A stretch of DNA of 64,000 bases from Thermodesulfobacteriota bacterium (GTDB lineage Bacteria; Desulfobacterota; Desulfobacteria; Desulfobacterales; C00003060), in the NCBI GenBank assembly GCA_034189385.1, contig JAXHVD010000009.1, positions 30,821 to 94,820 of the forward strand, given 5' to 3'. The notes beneath the pieces were generated by a model. It ran no database searches, was not told the DNA's origin, and saw only the letters and a program-made list of their open reading frames with translations. Below are positions 43,662 to 53,042 of the stretch, one piece after another; position 1 is the stretch's first letter, and every line of letters begins with the position of its first letter. Position numbers and translations under genes: made by a program.

Positions 43662-43701
43662 AATATATTCTGGATTCCGGCTTCTGCCGAAGTGACAAGG
43701 T

Positions 43702-45498
43702 TTAGGACCCTTTCCATTCCTCACCATCTTCAAAGGGGTCAGGCGTGCCCTCTTCATCCCAGCCCCTGAGGCGATAATAGTCGGCAATCATGGTGTTCAG
43801 TTCAGCCTTGCCAATAAGGTGCCCCTTTTCTAGGGGCTCCTTGTGGAGGCGGGCCGGCAGGTTGTCGTGGGCCGGTCTTAAGCCTTCTTGTATGTTGAAG
43901 CGGCGAACCACGTCTGAAATACGGCCACTTATCTTCCTAAGGCCGGTTTCGTCTGCCCCTAAACCAGTGATCCCTTCTACAATTTCGCACAGGGCGTCCC
44001 ATGGGTAAAGGTCGCGATAGAAGCGACACAGAATCAAGCTATCAAATAAGGTCAGGCGATCTTCGAAGTCCACGAACATGGCGGCTTTGCCCTCTACGGC
44101 GGCAGGTTCGATCATACCGGAGAGTTCTGGCTTGTAAAAAGTGGCCCTTAGATGACAGGCCCCGCGGTCTGACGTGGCATAGCCAAGCCCCATCCCCTTA
44201 AGGACCCGCGGGTCATATCCGGCAGGCTCAAGCCCCTTCACGTGGACGGCTATGTCTTCAAGTGCCCATTCCTTGGCCGCGGCTTTGATCCCCTGAGCCA
44301 AGATGTCGCCTATCTCTTGTCGAAAGGCGATCTTCTTTAACAGGGCGGCCACGGCGTCTACTTGTCCGTAGTCTATTTGTGCATTGACTTTGCCTCTTCG
44401 TGCCGCTTCTATGGTAAGGCCGCAAAGATTGCCGGCCGTTATGGTATCCATGCCCAGGCGGTCGCACAGATCATTCAGATAGATGATTTCCTCGATGCTG
44501 TCGATGGCGCAAAGCCCCCCAAAGGCATAAATGGTTTCATATTCAGGCCCCTCGAGCTTCAGGCCAGCGTGGCGGCCCTTGGTCACGGTCGTCATACGGC
44601 CGCAGGCCATGAAACACTTCAAGCAAGCCCGGGGCCTGACCTGGCACTGGCCATGAAGGGCCTCTGCACTGATGGATTGCCAGTTCTCATAGGTCCCTTG
44701 CGACCAGTACCGTGTAGGAAAGGCGCCCACTTGATTCATGAGCTTGACCATTCCAGGGGTCCCCCTGGTCTTATAACTCTCCACTTGTGGATGTCCCTTA
44801 CAATCCTGGGCCAGTTGTTTTGACAATGTCCTAACTGCCTTGCCGTCGGCCGGCCTCCGCCTGCGGTTTCCCTGAAACACGATGGCCTTGAGCCCTTTGC
44901 TGCCCATGACTGCGCCTGCACCGGTGCGGCCGGCGGAACGCCAGTAGTCGTTTTCTATGACAGAGAAACAGACTTGGTTTTCTCCTGCCGGTCCGATCAC
45001 CACCACACCGGTACGCACCTTCTTGGGGCCGGCCGTGGCGAATCTGTCCATGAGAATCGTTTCGGTCTCATGGGTATCGAGGCCCCACAGGTCGCCAGCG
45101 TCGTGAAATGACGCCCCTTGAGGGTGAACCACCAGGACCGTGGGCTTTGGGTTCTTGCCCGTTACGACAACGCAATCGTATCCTGCGGCGTCCACGGCTT
45201 CCGGGACACGTCCCCCTGCATAGGATTCAGAATAGAGGCCCGTTTGAGGAGACTTGGTGAAGACCCCATACCTCGAGGACCCCCAGATCAGGCTTGCGCA
45301 GACAGGTCCAGTGGCGAAGATGAGGCAGTTGTCTGGAGAAAGGGGCTTTACCCGAGGTGGGTTCAGTGTGGCGAGAAAGTGGGAGGCCAGGCCCTTGCCG
45401 CCCAAAAATCGCCGCAGAATCTCTTCTTCAAGGCCTTGGACAAAGCATCGCTGGCGGGTCAAGTCTATGTGCAATAGGCGGCCGTAACACCCGTGCAT
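43702..45498 (-). CDS. Aldehyde:ferredoxin oxidoreductase (tungsten AOR family)
   Basis: GGKGL, IGPAGE, GAVMGSKGLKA, EGPEYET, DRLGMDTI, RGACH, YYRLRGWD. Confidence 0.94.
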   Translation of the reverse strand: MHGCYGRLLHIDLTRQRCFVQGLEEEILRRFLGGKGLASHFLATLNPPRVKPLSPDNCLIFATGPVCASLIWGSSRYGVFTKSPQTGLYSESYAGGRVPEAVDAAGYDCVVVTGKNPKPTVLVVHPQGASFHDAGDLWGLDTHETETILMDRFATAGPKKVRTGVVVIGPAGENQVCFSVIENDYWRSAGRTGAGAVMGSKGLKAIVFQGNRRRRPADGKAVRTLSKQLAQDCKGHPQVESYKTRGTPGMVKLMNQVGAFPTRYWSQGTYENWQSISAEALHGQCQVRPRACLKCFMACGRMTTVTKGRHAGLKLEGPEYETIYAFGGLCAIDSIEEIIYLNDLCDRLGMDTITAGNLCGLTIEAARRGKVNAQIDYGQVDAVAALLKKIAFRQEIGDILAQGIKAAAKEWALEDIAVHVKGLEPAGYDPRVLKGMGLGYATSDRGACHLRATFYKPELSGMIEPAAVEGKAAMFVDFEDRLTLFDSLILCRFYRDLYPWDALCEIVEGITGLGADETGLRKISGRISDVVRRFNIQEGLRPAHDNLPARLHKEPLEKGHLIGKAELNTMIADYYRLRGWDEEGTPDPFEDGEEWKGS

Positions 45499-45573
45499 CG
45501 TCTGAGAGATCCTCCTTCATGGTGGAATGGACCGAACGGCAGCTGTTTTCTTGATCGGCGTCGCTGGCAAGAT

Positions 45574-46221
45574 TCAGGGATCTAAGCCCATCTTCTGGGC
45601 GCAGGGTATGCAGACGCGAGCACCCTTTTCCCCTTGGACCATCTTTGTGGCCATGGTCATCTCGCCGCACCGGGCACAGGCCTCAGACGGGGCCAGGGGG
45701 GCATAGGGCGGTTCAGGATACTGGACCTCCCTGGTGTCAAAGACAGCGTTAAAGGGTTTGGAAAGAAGATCCAGGGCCTTTAGCCATTTTTGACGCATTC
45801 GTTGTTTGTTCGTTGCCTGGCCAGCAGAAAAGGCGGCTTCGAGTTTGGCAAATTCCTCCTGATGTCTGCCCTCGTACAGGTAATGACCCTTGCGGGAAAA
45901 GCGAAAGGCCCGCTTGTCTGATCGATTCAAGACGGTGAACACATTCTTTCCGTAGTCTTTTAGGATCAGGTTGCCTTTGCCTATAGTCGTTCCAAGCAGC
46001 CACTGGAGGGCGTCCACCGCACAGGTGTCGTTTTCGCTGATGACGACAATTTCTTCATCACGGGAACGAGACACCTGAAGTATTTTCATGGCGGCTCTTG
46101 CCACCAGGTAACCATAGACCAGGCCCGGGCACAGGTGACCGTGAAAGGCCACACAGCTTCTTAGGTCTTCCGGCAATTCTTGTTCCCTGCCGGGCTGGGC
46201 ATTGCTGTTGCAGTCTTTCAT
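45574..46221 (-). CDS. FmdE-family protein with C-terminal zinc finger
   Basis: FHGHLCPG, CAVDA, GKGNL, CARCGE...CIPC. Confidence 0.9.
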   Translation of the reverse strand: MKDCNSNAQPGREQELPEDLRSCVAFHGHLCPGLVYGYLVARAAMKILQVSRSRDEEIVVISENDTCAVDALQWLLGTTIGKGNLILKDYGKNVFTVLNRSDKRAFRFSRKGHYLYEGRHQEEFAKLEAAFSAGQATNKQRMRQKWLKALDLLSKPFNAVFDTREVQYPEPPYAPLAPSEACARCGEMTMATKMVQGEKGARVCIPCAQKMGLDP

Positions 46222-46988
46222 GTCAAGGGCCTTGTCATATGACTCCCCTCTCGGAGGCCTTCTACCACACGGACCAGCTTTGGGACAACCTCACCGGCTT
46301 TTGCTTGAAGAAAAACATCGGTGAGTGACGCCGTGAGCAGGGTCGGCTCCAGGTTGATTTCTATGATGCTGGCCCTGGCCCTCTTGGCCACGACGGGAAT
46401 GGTGTTGGCCGGTGCGACCTGGGCAGAGGTGCCGATGACCAGAACAGCCCCGCAGGACGAAGCCAGCTCGTAGGACTCATGAAGGCCCTTAAGATGAATC
46501 GATTCACCAAAGAGGATCACGTCTGGTTTGAGTATTTGGCCGCAGGCGCATCGGGGCGGTATCTGGTCCGCCACCTCTTCTCTCTGATACTGACGATGGC
46601 ACCGCAGGCAGGACAAGGTCTTGGAGTTTCCGTGATATTCAATGACGCGGCTGGCACCGCCCTCCTGATGGAGATTGTCGATGTTCTGGGTGATAATGGT
46701 ATGGAGCAGCCCCATATCCTGGAGCCGGCCCAGGCCTTTGTGAGCAGGGTTTGGCTCTGCCTGCTGGACTACAGCGTCCATTTCTGCCAGCATTTTCCAG
46801 ACCTTTTCCGGATGGCTCTCAAATGCGGAGATGGTGCCGTATTCACGAATGTCATAGCGCTCCCACAGGCCCCCCTTGCTCCTGAAATCCGGAATACCAG
46901 ATTCCACGGAAATGCCCGCGCCGGTTAAGGCCAGATTCAGCTTGGACCGGCAGAGGATCTTGGCGGCTTTCTTGATCTTGTCTTCCAC
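46218..46988 (-). CDS. cobB: NAD-dependent protein deacylase (sirtuin)
   Basis: TGAGISVESGIPDFR, TQNIDNLH, HG, KPDVILFGE, IGTS. Confidence 0.94.
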   Translation of the reverse strand: MEDKIKKAAKILCRSKLNLALTGAGISVESGIPDFRSKGGLWERYDIREYGTISAFESHPEKVWKMLAEMDAVVQQAEPNPAHKGLGRLQDMGLLHTIITQNIDNLHQEGGASRVIEYHGNSKTLSCLRCHRQYQREEVADQIPPRCACGQILKPDVILFGESIHLKGLHESYELASSCGAVLVIGTSAQVAPANTIPVVAKRARASIIEINLEPTLLTASLTDVFLQAKAGEVVPKLVRVVEGLREGSHMTRPLT

Positions 46989-46998
46989 CTTGTCTGCC

Positions 46999-47763
46999 TT
47001 ACAGGTTCACCTGCAACCCTTTTTCTTTCAGGTATTCCTTAACCTGCCTGATGGTCAGTGTGCGATAGTGAAATACAGAAGCCGCCAGCAAGATCTGGGC
47101 CCCGCCCTGGACAACGGCCTCATAGAAATGTTCCAGGTTTCCTGCTCCGCCAGAGGCGACCACGGGCAGGTCCACGGCCTCTGAAATGGCCTTGGTGAAC
47201 TCCAGATCAAACCCTGCCTGGGTGCCGTCCCCGTCCATACTGGTGGGCAAGATCACGCCAGCCCCCAGGTCTTGGCAGTGAGAGGCCCAGGCGATAGCGT
47301 CTTTGCCCACCGGCTTGGTGCCGCCTGAGACAACAAGCTCAAAGCCTGATGACATCTCTTTGTTCCTTCTGGCGTCCACGGCCACTGTGACCTTGTCTGA
47401 ACCGAATGCCTTAGCTGCTTCTGCCACCAGATCAGGATTCTTCACAGCGGCACTATTCATGGAAATGCTTTGGGCGCCAGCGCCAAGGACCAGTTCAATG
47501 TCTTCCAGACTCGAAATACCGCCCCCCACCGTCAACGGAATCTGTATGGCCGACGAGACCTTCTCGACCCATTCCAACCGGGTTTTGCGATTTTCCAAGG
47601 TGGCTGCAATGTCCAGCATGGCCAGCTCATCGGCCCCTTCCTTTTGGTAAAAAGACGCATGTTCCACTGGATCTCCTGCATCTTTCAAATCCACAAAATG
47701 GATACCTTTAACAACCCGGCCCTCTTTCATATCCAGGCAGGGCATGATCTTAATTGTCTCCAT
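46999..47763 (-). CDS. hisF: Imidazole glycerol phosphate synthase cyclase subunit
   Basis: [43 protein letters not shown]. Confidence 0.92.
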   Translation of the reverse strand: METIKIMPCLDMKEGRVVKGIHFVDLKDAGDPVEHASFYQKEGADELAMLDIAATLENRKTRLEWVEKVSSAIQIPLTVGGGISSLEDIELVLGAGAQSISMNSAAVKNPDLVAEAAKAFGSDKVTVAVDARRNKEMSSGFELVVSGGTKPVGKDAIAWASHCQDLGAGVILPTSMDGDGTQAGFDLEFTKAISEAVDLPVVASGGAGNLEHFYEAVVQGGAQILLAASVFHYRTLTIRQVKEYLKEKGLQVNL

Positions 47764-47926
47764 GTATGTCTCCTTTCTTGTCTAGACTGGTGCCCGTCCA
47801 CAAACGGCCAAGAAGGAGGTGGGCACTAGCGTCAGTTACCAATTCAGTCCGCCGAGGCGCATCGCAGAAGCGATCCTGCAGATTGATCCGCCTGTGGCGG
47901 AGAAAAGGGCCATTTATGGATGGAAA

Positions 47927-48607
47927 CTAGGGTGATAGCCATTCTATCGTCTTATTTAAGATCTGATCAAACACCTCCTGCTGCGTCGTCTCGGCGGACT
48001 TGGGCAGGCGAAAAGAATGGTCTCCTCCTGCGATGGTTTCCAGGTGCCACGGGGCTTCCAGTCGGCCAAGGACACGCTCCAATTGTGTCAGTTCGCACAG
48101 GCGATCTCTGGTGCCGGCAAAGAAGAGCATGGGAATCCTGATGCCATAGAGGTGGGCATCTCGCAACTTCTCCTTTCTCCCTGGTCCATGCAAGGGGTAG
48201 CCAAGGAAGATGAGGCCACTGGCAGGGAGAAGCCCCTCTGCCACCATCTGAGAGGCCACCCTGCCACCCATGGATTTTCCGGCCGCCATGATCCTCTCCG
48301 TTCCATAGGTGGGATGCCCTTTCAAAAATTGGAATGCCGACAGCCAGGTCAGGACAAGCGTTTTTTGTACGTCTGGGGCCCTCCGCCCCTTTTCACGGTA
48401 AAGGAAATTGAACCGCATGGTCACGTAGCCTGCCTCCACAAGCCCTTGGGACAACAGGACAAGGAGAGGGTGGGCCATATCATTTCCAGCCCCGTGGGCC
48501 AAAATCACACCTGTTCCTTTGCCCCCTTGGTGCCCCTCTGGTAGGAACACCTCTCCAGAGACAGCCCCCTTTTCCCCCACTGCTATGGATATCTTTTTCC
48601 CGATCAT
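47927..48607 (-). CDS. Alpha/beta-fold hydrolase
   Basis: AHGAG, GKSMGG nucleophile elbow, GYPLH, GTRD, GDHS. Confidence 0.88.
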   Translation of the reverse strand: MIGKKISIAVGEKGAVSGEVFLPEGHQGGKGTGVILAHGAGNDMAHPLLVLLSQGLVEAGYVTMRFNFLYREKGRRAPDVQKTLVLTWLSAFQFLKGHPTYGTERIMAAGKSMGGRVASQMVAEGLLPASGLIFLGYPLHGPGRKEKLRDAHLYGIRIPMLFFAGTRDRLCELTQLERVLGRLEAPWHLETIAGGDHSFRLPKSAETTQQEVFDQILNKTIEWLSP

Positions 48608-48638
48608 AGGTTAGGTCTACCCTCAGGTGGTACCGTCG

Positions 48639-49271
48639 TCAACGGATCATTTGAAACCCGCTTACCATGAACTGGACCGCAATGACTGCAAGGAGTAATC
48701 CCATAAGCCGTGTTACCATGCGGATGCCGCTTACCCCCAAGACACGGTTAATCCATCTCCCGAAGTAGAAAACAAGGTAAACGAGCGCACAGGCGATGAT
48801 GATGGCGGAAAGCAATAAGGCGGTGCTCAGGGAGCTCTCAGGTGTCTCTTGCCACATCAAGACCGCTGTAATGGCGCCAGGTCCGGCCAAGAGCGGCGTG
48901 GCCAGGGGTACTAGGGCCACGTGTTCTTTTGAGATCCCTTCTTTTTCCTCTTCTGAGGTGGTTTTTAGACCGCCCGGGATCATATGGAGGAGATGCAAGG
49001 CATAGAGAAAGAGGATAAAGCCCCCTGCCAATTGGAAGGCAGGAAGTCCGATGCCAAAGAAGCGCAACACGGCATCACCTGTTATTCCAAAGAGAACCAA
49101 TATGACGCAGGCAGTCAGACAGGCCAGGGCGGCCACCTTCTTCCGTTCCTGAGGCGTGTTTTCTTCCGTAAAAAGGAGAAAAAACGGCAGGTTTCCCAGG
49201 GGGTCCATGATGATCACCAGCGTAATGAAGATGCTTATTGCCGATTCCAAAGCGTGCATGAGGGCCACCAC
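48639..49271 (-). CDS. MarC-family membrane protein
   Basis: DPLGNLP, AGGFIL, VPLATPLLAGPGAI, RLMGLLL. Confidence 0.93.
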   Translation of the reverse strand: MVALMHALESAISIFITLVIIMDPLGNLPFFLLFTEENTPQERKKVAALACLTACVILVLFGITGDAVLRFFGIGLPAFQLAGGFILFLYALHLLHMIPGGLKTTSEEEKEGISKEHVALVPLATPLLAGPGAITAVLMWQETPESSLSTALLLSAIIIACALVYLVFYFGRWINRVLGVSGIRMVTRLMGLLLAVIAVQFMVSGFQMIR

Positions 49272-49579
49272 CTACTGCCCATGCTCTTTACCAGTCAAAG
49301 TGAGATCCTTGCACAAGGCCTTCTCACCCGGTTCTGTGAGCCTTTTGACCCGTATTCGGCTTTGTTCGCTCAACCTCAAACAACTGCCTCTCTTGTACTG
49401 GAGGCTGATCATAGCCGGCCCTCATGGGCCTGTCAATCAGAGAGCGGTTCGCTTGGAGGGCTCCTTTCGCCACTGAAAGGGCAATTCTCTAGGTGGGCCA
49501 GAGACGTGGGCCATGCTTTTACGCAGCCCGAGGAGAAAAAGTGTTCCAGCAAAAGGGCAGAATGGGTTATGTAGGGTGT

Positions 49580-50197
49580 ATGAGGAGGGGAATTGCCAAG
49601 ATCCTGGCCTCAAGGCCATGGAAGCAGATTGCAGACGAGAGCCTGGTGCCGGCTGCCGTATTGCTCCTATTGCTTGAAAAGGACGGGGAAGAGCATATTC
49701 TTTTCACCGAAAGATCGCAAAAGGTGGAGTACCACAAAGGCGAAATCTCTTTTCCAGGAGGAAAAGTGGATCCCGGTGACGAAAGCCTGGTTGAGACTGC
49801 TTTGCGGGAAAGCGCGGAGGAGATCGGCCTTTGCCCTGAAGACGTGACTATCCTGGGAAGGATGGACGACATGGTGACACTGACTACTGGGTTCATTGTT
49901 ACTCCTTATGTGGGGCGCATTCCCTACCCCTACCCCTTTCAAGTAAACAGAGACGAGATTGCCGCGTTGATCTTGGCGCCCTTGGAGTCCCTGTCCAAAG
50001 GCTGCGGTGGAGAGGCCCCTCCAGTGATCCTACCAAAAAAAGGCATTGGGGCCCACTGTTTCCGCTATGGCGACCATATCATCTGGGGAGCCACGGCCCG
50101 AATCCTACAACAGTTTCTGGACATTACCACGCCCACCACGGAGCAGGAACACCATGATATCGAGGCCAGGGGTAGTGCCACCAGTAAGGGTGGATAG
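49580..50197 (+). CDS. CoA pyrophosphatase (Nudix, NudL-like)
   Basis: HKGEISFPGG, TALRESAEEIG Nudix box, IWGATA; start uncertain. Confidence 0.9.
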   Translation: MRRGIAKILASRPWKQIADESLVPAAVLLLLLEKDGEEHILFTERSQKVEYHKGEISFPGGKVDPGDESLVETALRESAEEIGLCPEDVTILGRMDDMVTLTTGFIVTPYVGRIPYPYPFQVNRDEIAALILAPLESLSKGCGGEAPPVILPKKGIGAHCFRYGDHIIWGATARILQQFLDITTPTTEQEHHDIEARGSATSKGG

Positions 50198-50699
50198 GCT
50201 CAAAGCGTCTCACGTCGTCACTTTCCTTGGGCCATAGATGAGATTCCACTGCCTCGATGACCGGGTAGCGGTAGACCCGATTGCCCAATGGCTGTTCCAA
50301 AACCTCTGATACGGTGCCCCCCACGGTGAGTTTTCGTCCCTTGTTGTAGATTTCCGGATCCAGAAATCCTTGAACGCGCACCAGAAACCGGCCCTCGGAC
50401 AGGTCTCGTGACCTTGGTTTGTTTCGAGAATCAAGGGGTGCCTGTAACAGGGTGATGAGGGTGGCTTGGGGTTCGTTCTTGGTTTCCAGGATATGGCCGC
50501 CCAGGATCACCTTTCTTCCCTTGAAGGCTTCTCCGTCTTGGAGGAGTTCCTTGAAAGGAACGGCGGGCCCTACCTGTCGTTGAAACTTTTTCGACGGGGT
50601 GGACGCGCAACCGGTGAGGCCAGAAAGGGCCGGCCCCAAAAGGAGGCAGATGGCGAGAAAAGGACAAATGCGATTCATGGACGTACGAGTGCCTTTCAT
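50124..50699 (-). CDS. Slp-family outer membrane lipoprotein
   Basis: Lipobox LTGC, VILGG, SEGRFL, GFLDPEIY..GR.LTVGG, YRYPVI. Confidence 0.9.
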   Translation of the reverse strand: MKGTRTSMNRICPFLAICLLLGPALSGLTGCASTPSKKFQRQVGPAVPFKELLQDGEAFKGRKVILGGHILETKNEPQATLITLLQAPLDSRNKPRSRDLSEGRFLVRVQGFLDPEIYNKGRKLTVGGTVSEVLEQPLGNRVYRYPVIEAVESHLWPKESDDVRRFEPIHPYWWHYPWPRYHGVPAPWWAW

Positions 50700-50913
50700 C
50701 TGGTTAAACAGATCGGATCTGCATGTACATCGGTATTATACACTGTTGCTGTTCCCAATCAACGGGCCGTTGCCAAAAGGCGAATCCCTTTTGAACGATT
50801 CATGAAACCCTCAAGGGCCTGGGAGACCTCAGGGGTTTTGTGGATGGGGGCGATGACGGACTCGTGGCCCGCCATGGTATCATTAGACGTTGTTTCAATG
50901 TGGCAGTCAGGTA

Positions 50914-51207
50914 ACTCAAGTTTCGCACCCTTATTAACCATTTGAAATGAAGGTTAAAAGCGTGCTGTGGTTTCTAGAAAACGGCACGGCACAGGTTTAG
51001 GTGTTTTGTGTGCGATTGAAGCCTCGAGATAGGGAAATGCGCTTCTCTTCGGCCTCCAATGCCTTTAGTCGCTGTGCGAAGATTCTGGGTCGCAATGGTT
51101 GTAGGCCTTTGTTCAGCAAATTTCCCCATCCCTCTGTTGCCAAATCTGATGGCTACAAGTCTTGACACACCCAATATTGATAGAAACGAGGGGCGCGAAA
51201 CTTGAGT
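50914..51207. mobile_element. MITE (294 bp) with 5-bp target-site duplication
   Basis: TIRs ACTCAAGTTTCGCACCC / GGGCGCGAAACTTGAGT; AGGTA duplicated at 50909-50913 and 51208-51212. Confidence 0.85.
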
Positions 51208-51248
51208 AGGTAATATCAATGGGAGCGCGGCAGGCGGTGGGAGATAGA

Positions 51249-52868
51249 CTATGGAGAGTGGATGGGCTCTACGAAGCAGTACGGGTCTCGCTCTTCAAAG
51301 ACGTTGCGGCCAACACTGTGGGCAATGGCAAGACATCCGCCACAGACAGGACGAACGGGGCAGGATCGGCACGCTTTGCAGCCGGAGCGATACTGACAGG
51401 CGATGTGAGAGTCGTAGATCTCGGCCAGGCTCTGTTTCAAAACATTGCCTATAAGGGATGGAAACTTTCGGCAGGCATGGACTTCTCCGTCGGACAAGAG
51501 GGCCATGAAGTTGAATGCAGCGCTGCAGCCGTAGCCGGCGCAGCCCCCAAAGAGGTCCATTCCCTTTTGGTAGCGCAACAGGTTGAGCAGGTTGTCCTTT
51601 AAGCCCATGATGGGATTGCTCTCGGCCGCCTCCATATACGCTTCCAGAAAGGCCCTGTAGGCGTCCCGAGGGGGAAGATGAAGCAAGGCACCTTCACCCA
51701 CCATGGAAAGGCGGTTGAAATTGAAATGATCAGTCCTGTTGCGAAGCATCTCAGCAAGGGGTAGTACCTGATCCATGTTGTCCCGCGTGAGGGTGAGCAT
51801 CACCATGGACGTGATGTCCAAATCTTGAAGCAGCCCCAGGAAGTCCATCACCCGGCGAAAGTTTCCAGGGCCCCGAATCGTGTCATTGTGTTTCTCCAGA
51901 CCTTCCAAGCTCACCTGAAAAAAGAGGGGGGGCTCTATGTCAAGGAGCTGCTCCATCTTCTCTAGTGGGGCCGGATTTCCCAGGATGGCAAGGCCAAGGC
52001 CCCGATCTGATGCCCCTTGATAGAGTTCCAAAAAATGGGTGTAGAGGAGAGGATTGCCGCCGGTGAAAGAGACCTGGCCCCTCACGTGTCTACTCAGGCA
52101 GAAGTCCCGCAGGTCGTCTAGGATTCTCAGGCCCTCATCCAACTTCAGAGGGGTCCTCTTCGCACGGTCGTAACAGTGCTTGCAGTGAAGATCGCAGACC
52201 TGGGTAACGTGCCACTGGAGCGTGAAGACCGGAGACGACAAAAAGCGTTGGTCTTTGATCTCGCCCAGAGGAAAGGTTTCAGGATCGCGGCGAATCCCTG
52301 ACGGCGGCGCTACTAGGAGCCCTCTGTGAAGGGCCCGATGAATGGCACCGTCCACGGCGCCCACGGGATGTCCGCCGATGTTTGCTGCCTCCTTCGGATC
52401 GATATTTTCGACTACCAACTTCAGTACCAGCAGATCCTCATCTGAAGCAGCTCGGGTTCGGACGTGCCCCGTCTCCGGATGGCGCCACACGAGGATGAAT
52501 GCCTCGCCCGGTTCCGGCCTGGCAGAGGGCCCCTCACCTGCCTGCACCATGGCGGGCAGATGTTTCCAAGAGACCTGGAGCAATGCAAGGGTGGGATTTA
52601 CGCTAAGCTCCTGGATCCTGTCGGTCGTGTCTGTTGCCTGGTGCTTCACTTGATGGATCGTCGACTCTAGGCGGGCAAGTTCGGCGAGAAAATGGGGCAA
52701 CCCCAAGGTGTCCTGGTGGCGCTTCAGTATATCAGGGAAGGTGTCGGGGTCGGGATTTCTCCCGCACAAGGCGACTATCTGTTCCCATGTGTGCGCATCC
52801 ACGCATTTTCGGCATTTCTCAAACATGGCCCCAATGTCCTGTGTCGGGTGGGTGCGCCCGGGAGGCAT
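51249..52868 (-). CDS. sbtM: Selenobiotic-family radical SAM/SPASM peptide maturase (SbtM-like)
   Basis: Long N-terminal extension, FTLQWHVTQVCDLHCKHC, GGNPLLY, SPASM cysteines GCAGYGC, HACRKF, CRSCPVRPVCGGC, DPYC; precursor gene directly upstream. Confidence 0.88.
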   Translation of the reverse strand: MPPGRTHPTQDIGAMFEKCRKCVDAHTWEQIVALCGRNPDPDTFPDILKRHQDTLGLPHFLAELARLESTIHQVKHQATDTTDRIQELSVNPTLALLQVSWKHLPAMVQAGEGPSARPEPGEAFILVWRHPETGHVRTRAASDEDLLVLKLVVENIDPKEAANIGGHPVGAVDGAIHRALHRGLLVAPPSGIRRDPETFPLGEIKDQRFLSSPVFTLQWHVTQVCDLHCKHCYDRAKRTPLKLDEGLRILDDLRDFCLSRHVRGQVSFTGGNPLLYTHFLELYQGASDRGLGLAILGNPAPLEKMEQLLDIEPPLFFQVSLEGLEKHNDTIRGPGNFRRVMDFLGLLQDLDITSMVMLTLTRDNMDQVLPLAEMLRNRTDHFNFNRLSMVGEGALLHLPPRDAYRAFLEAYMEAAESNPIMGLKDNLLNLLRYQKGMDLFGGCAGYGCSAAFNFMALLSDGEVHACRKFPSLIGNVLKQSLAEIYDSHIACQYRSGCKACRSCPVRPVCGGCLAIAHSVGRNVFEERDPYCFVEPIHSP

Positions 52869-53042
52869 CGCGGCCCTTATGGGAAGAAGCAGACGCCGTC
52901 GCTATGTTGCCATCTTCGCAGGACCCCTAGAAACGGTCCTAGTGGATGGAAGGTGTTGTGACTCGGGCGAAAGACTGCCTTTCTCCCGGTTTCGTTTTCT
53001 TAAGTTCATGATCAGTGCGCAGGGCACTGCCCCTCGTTTCCA

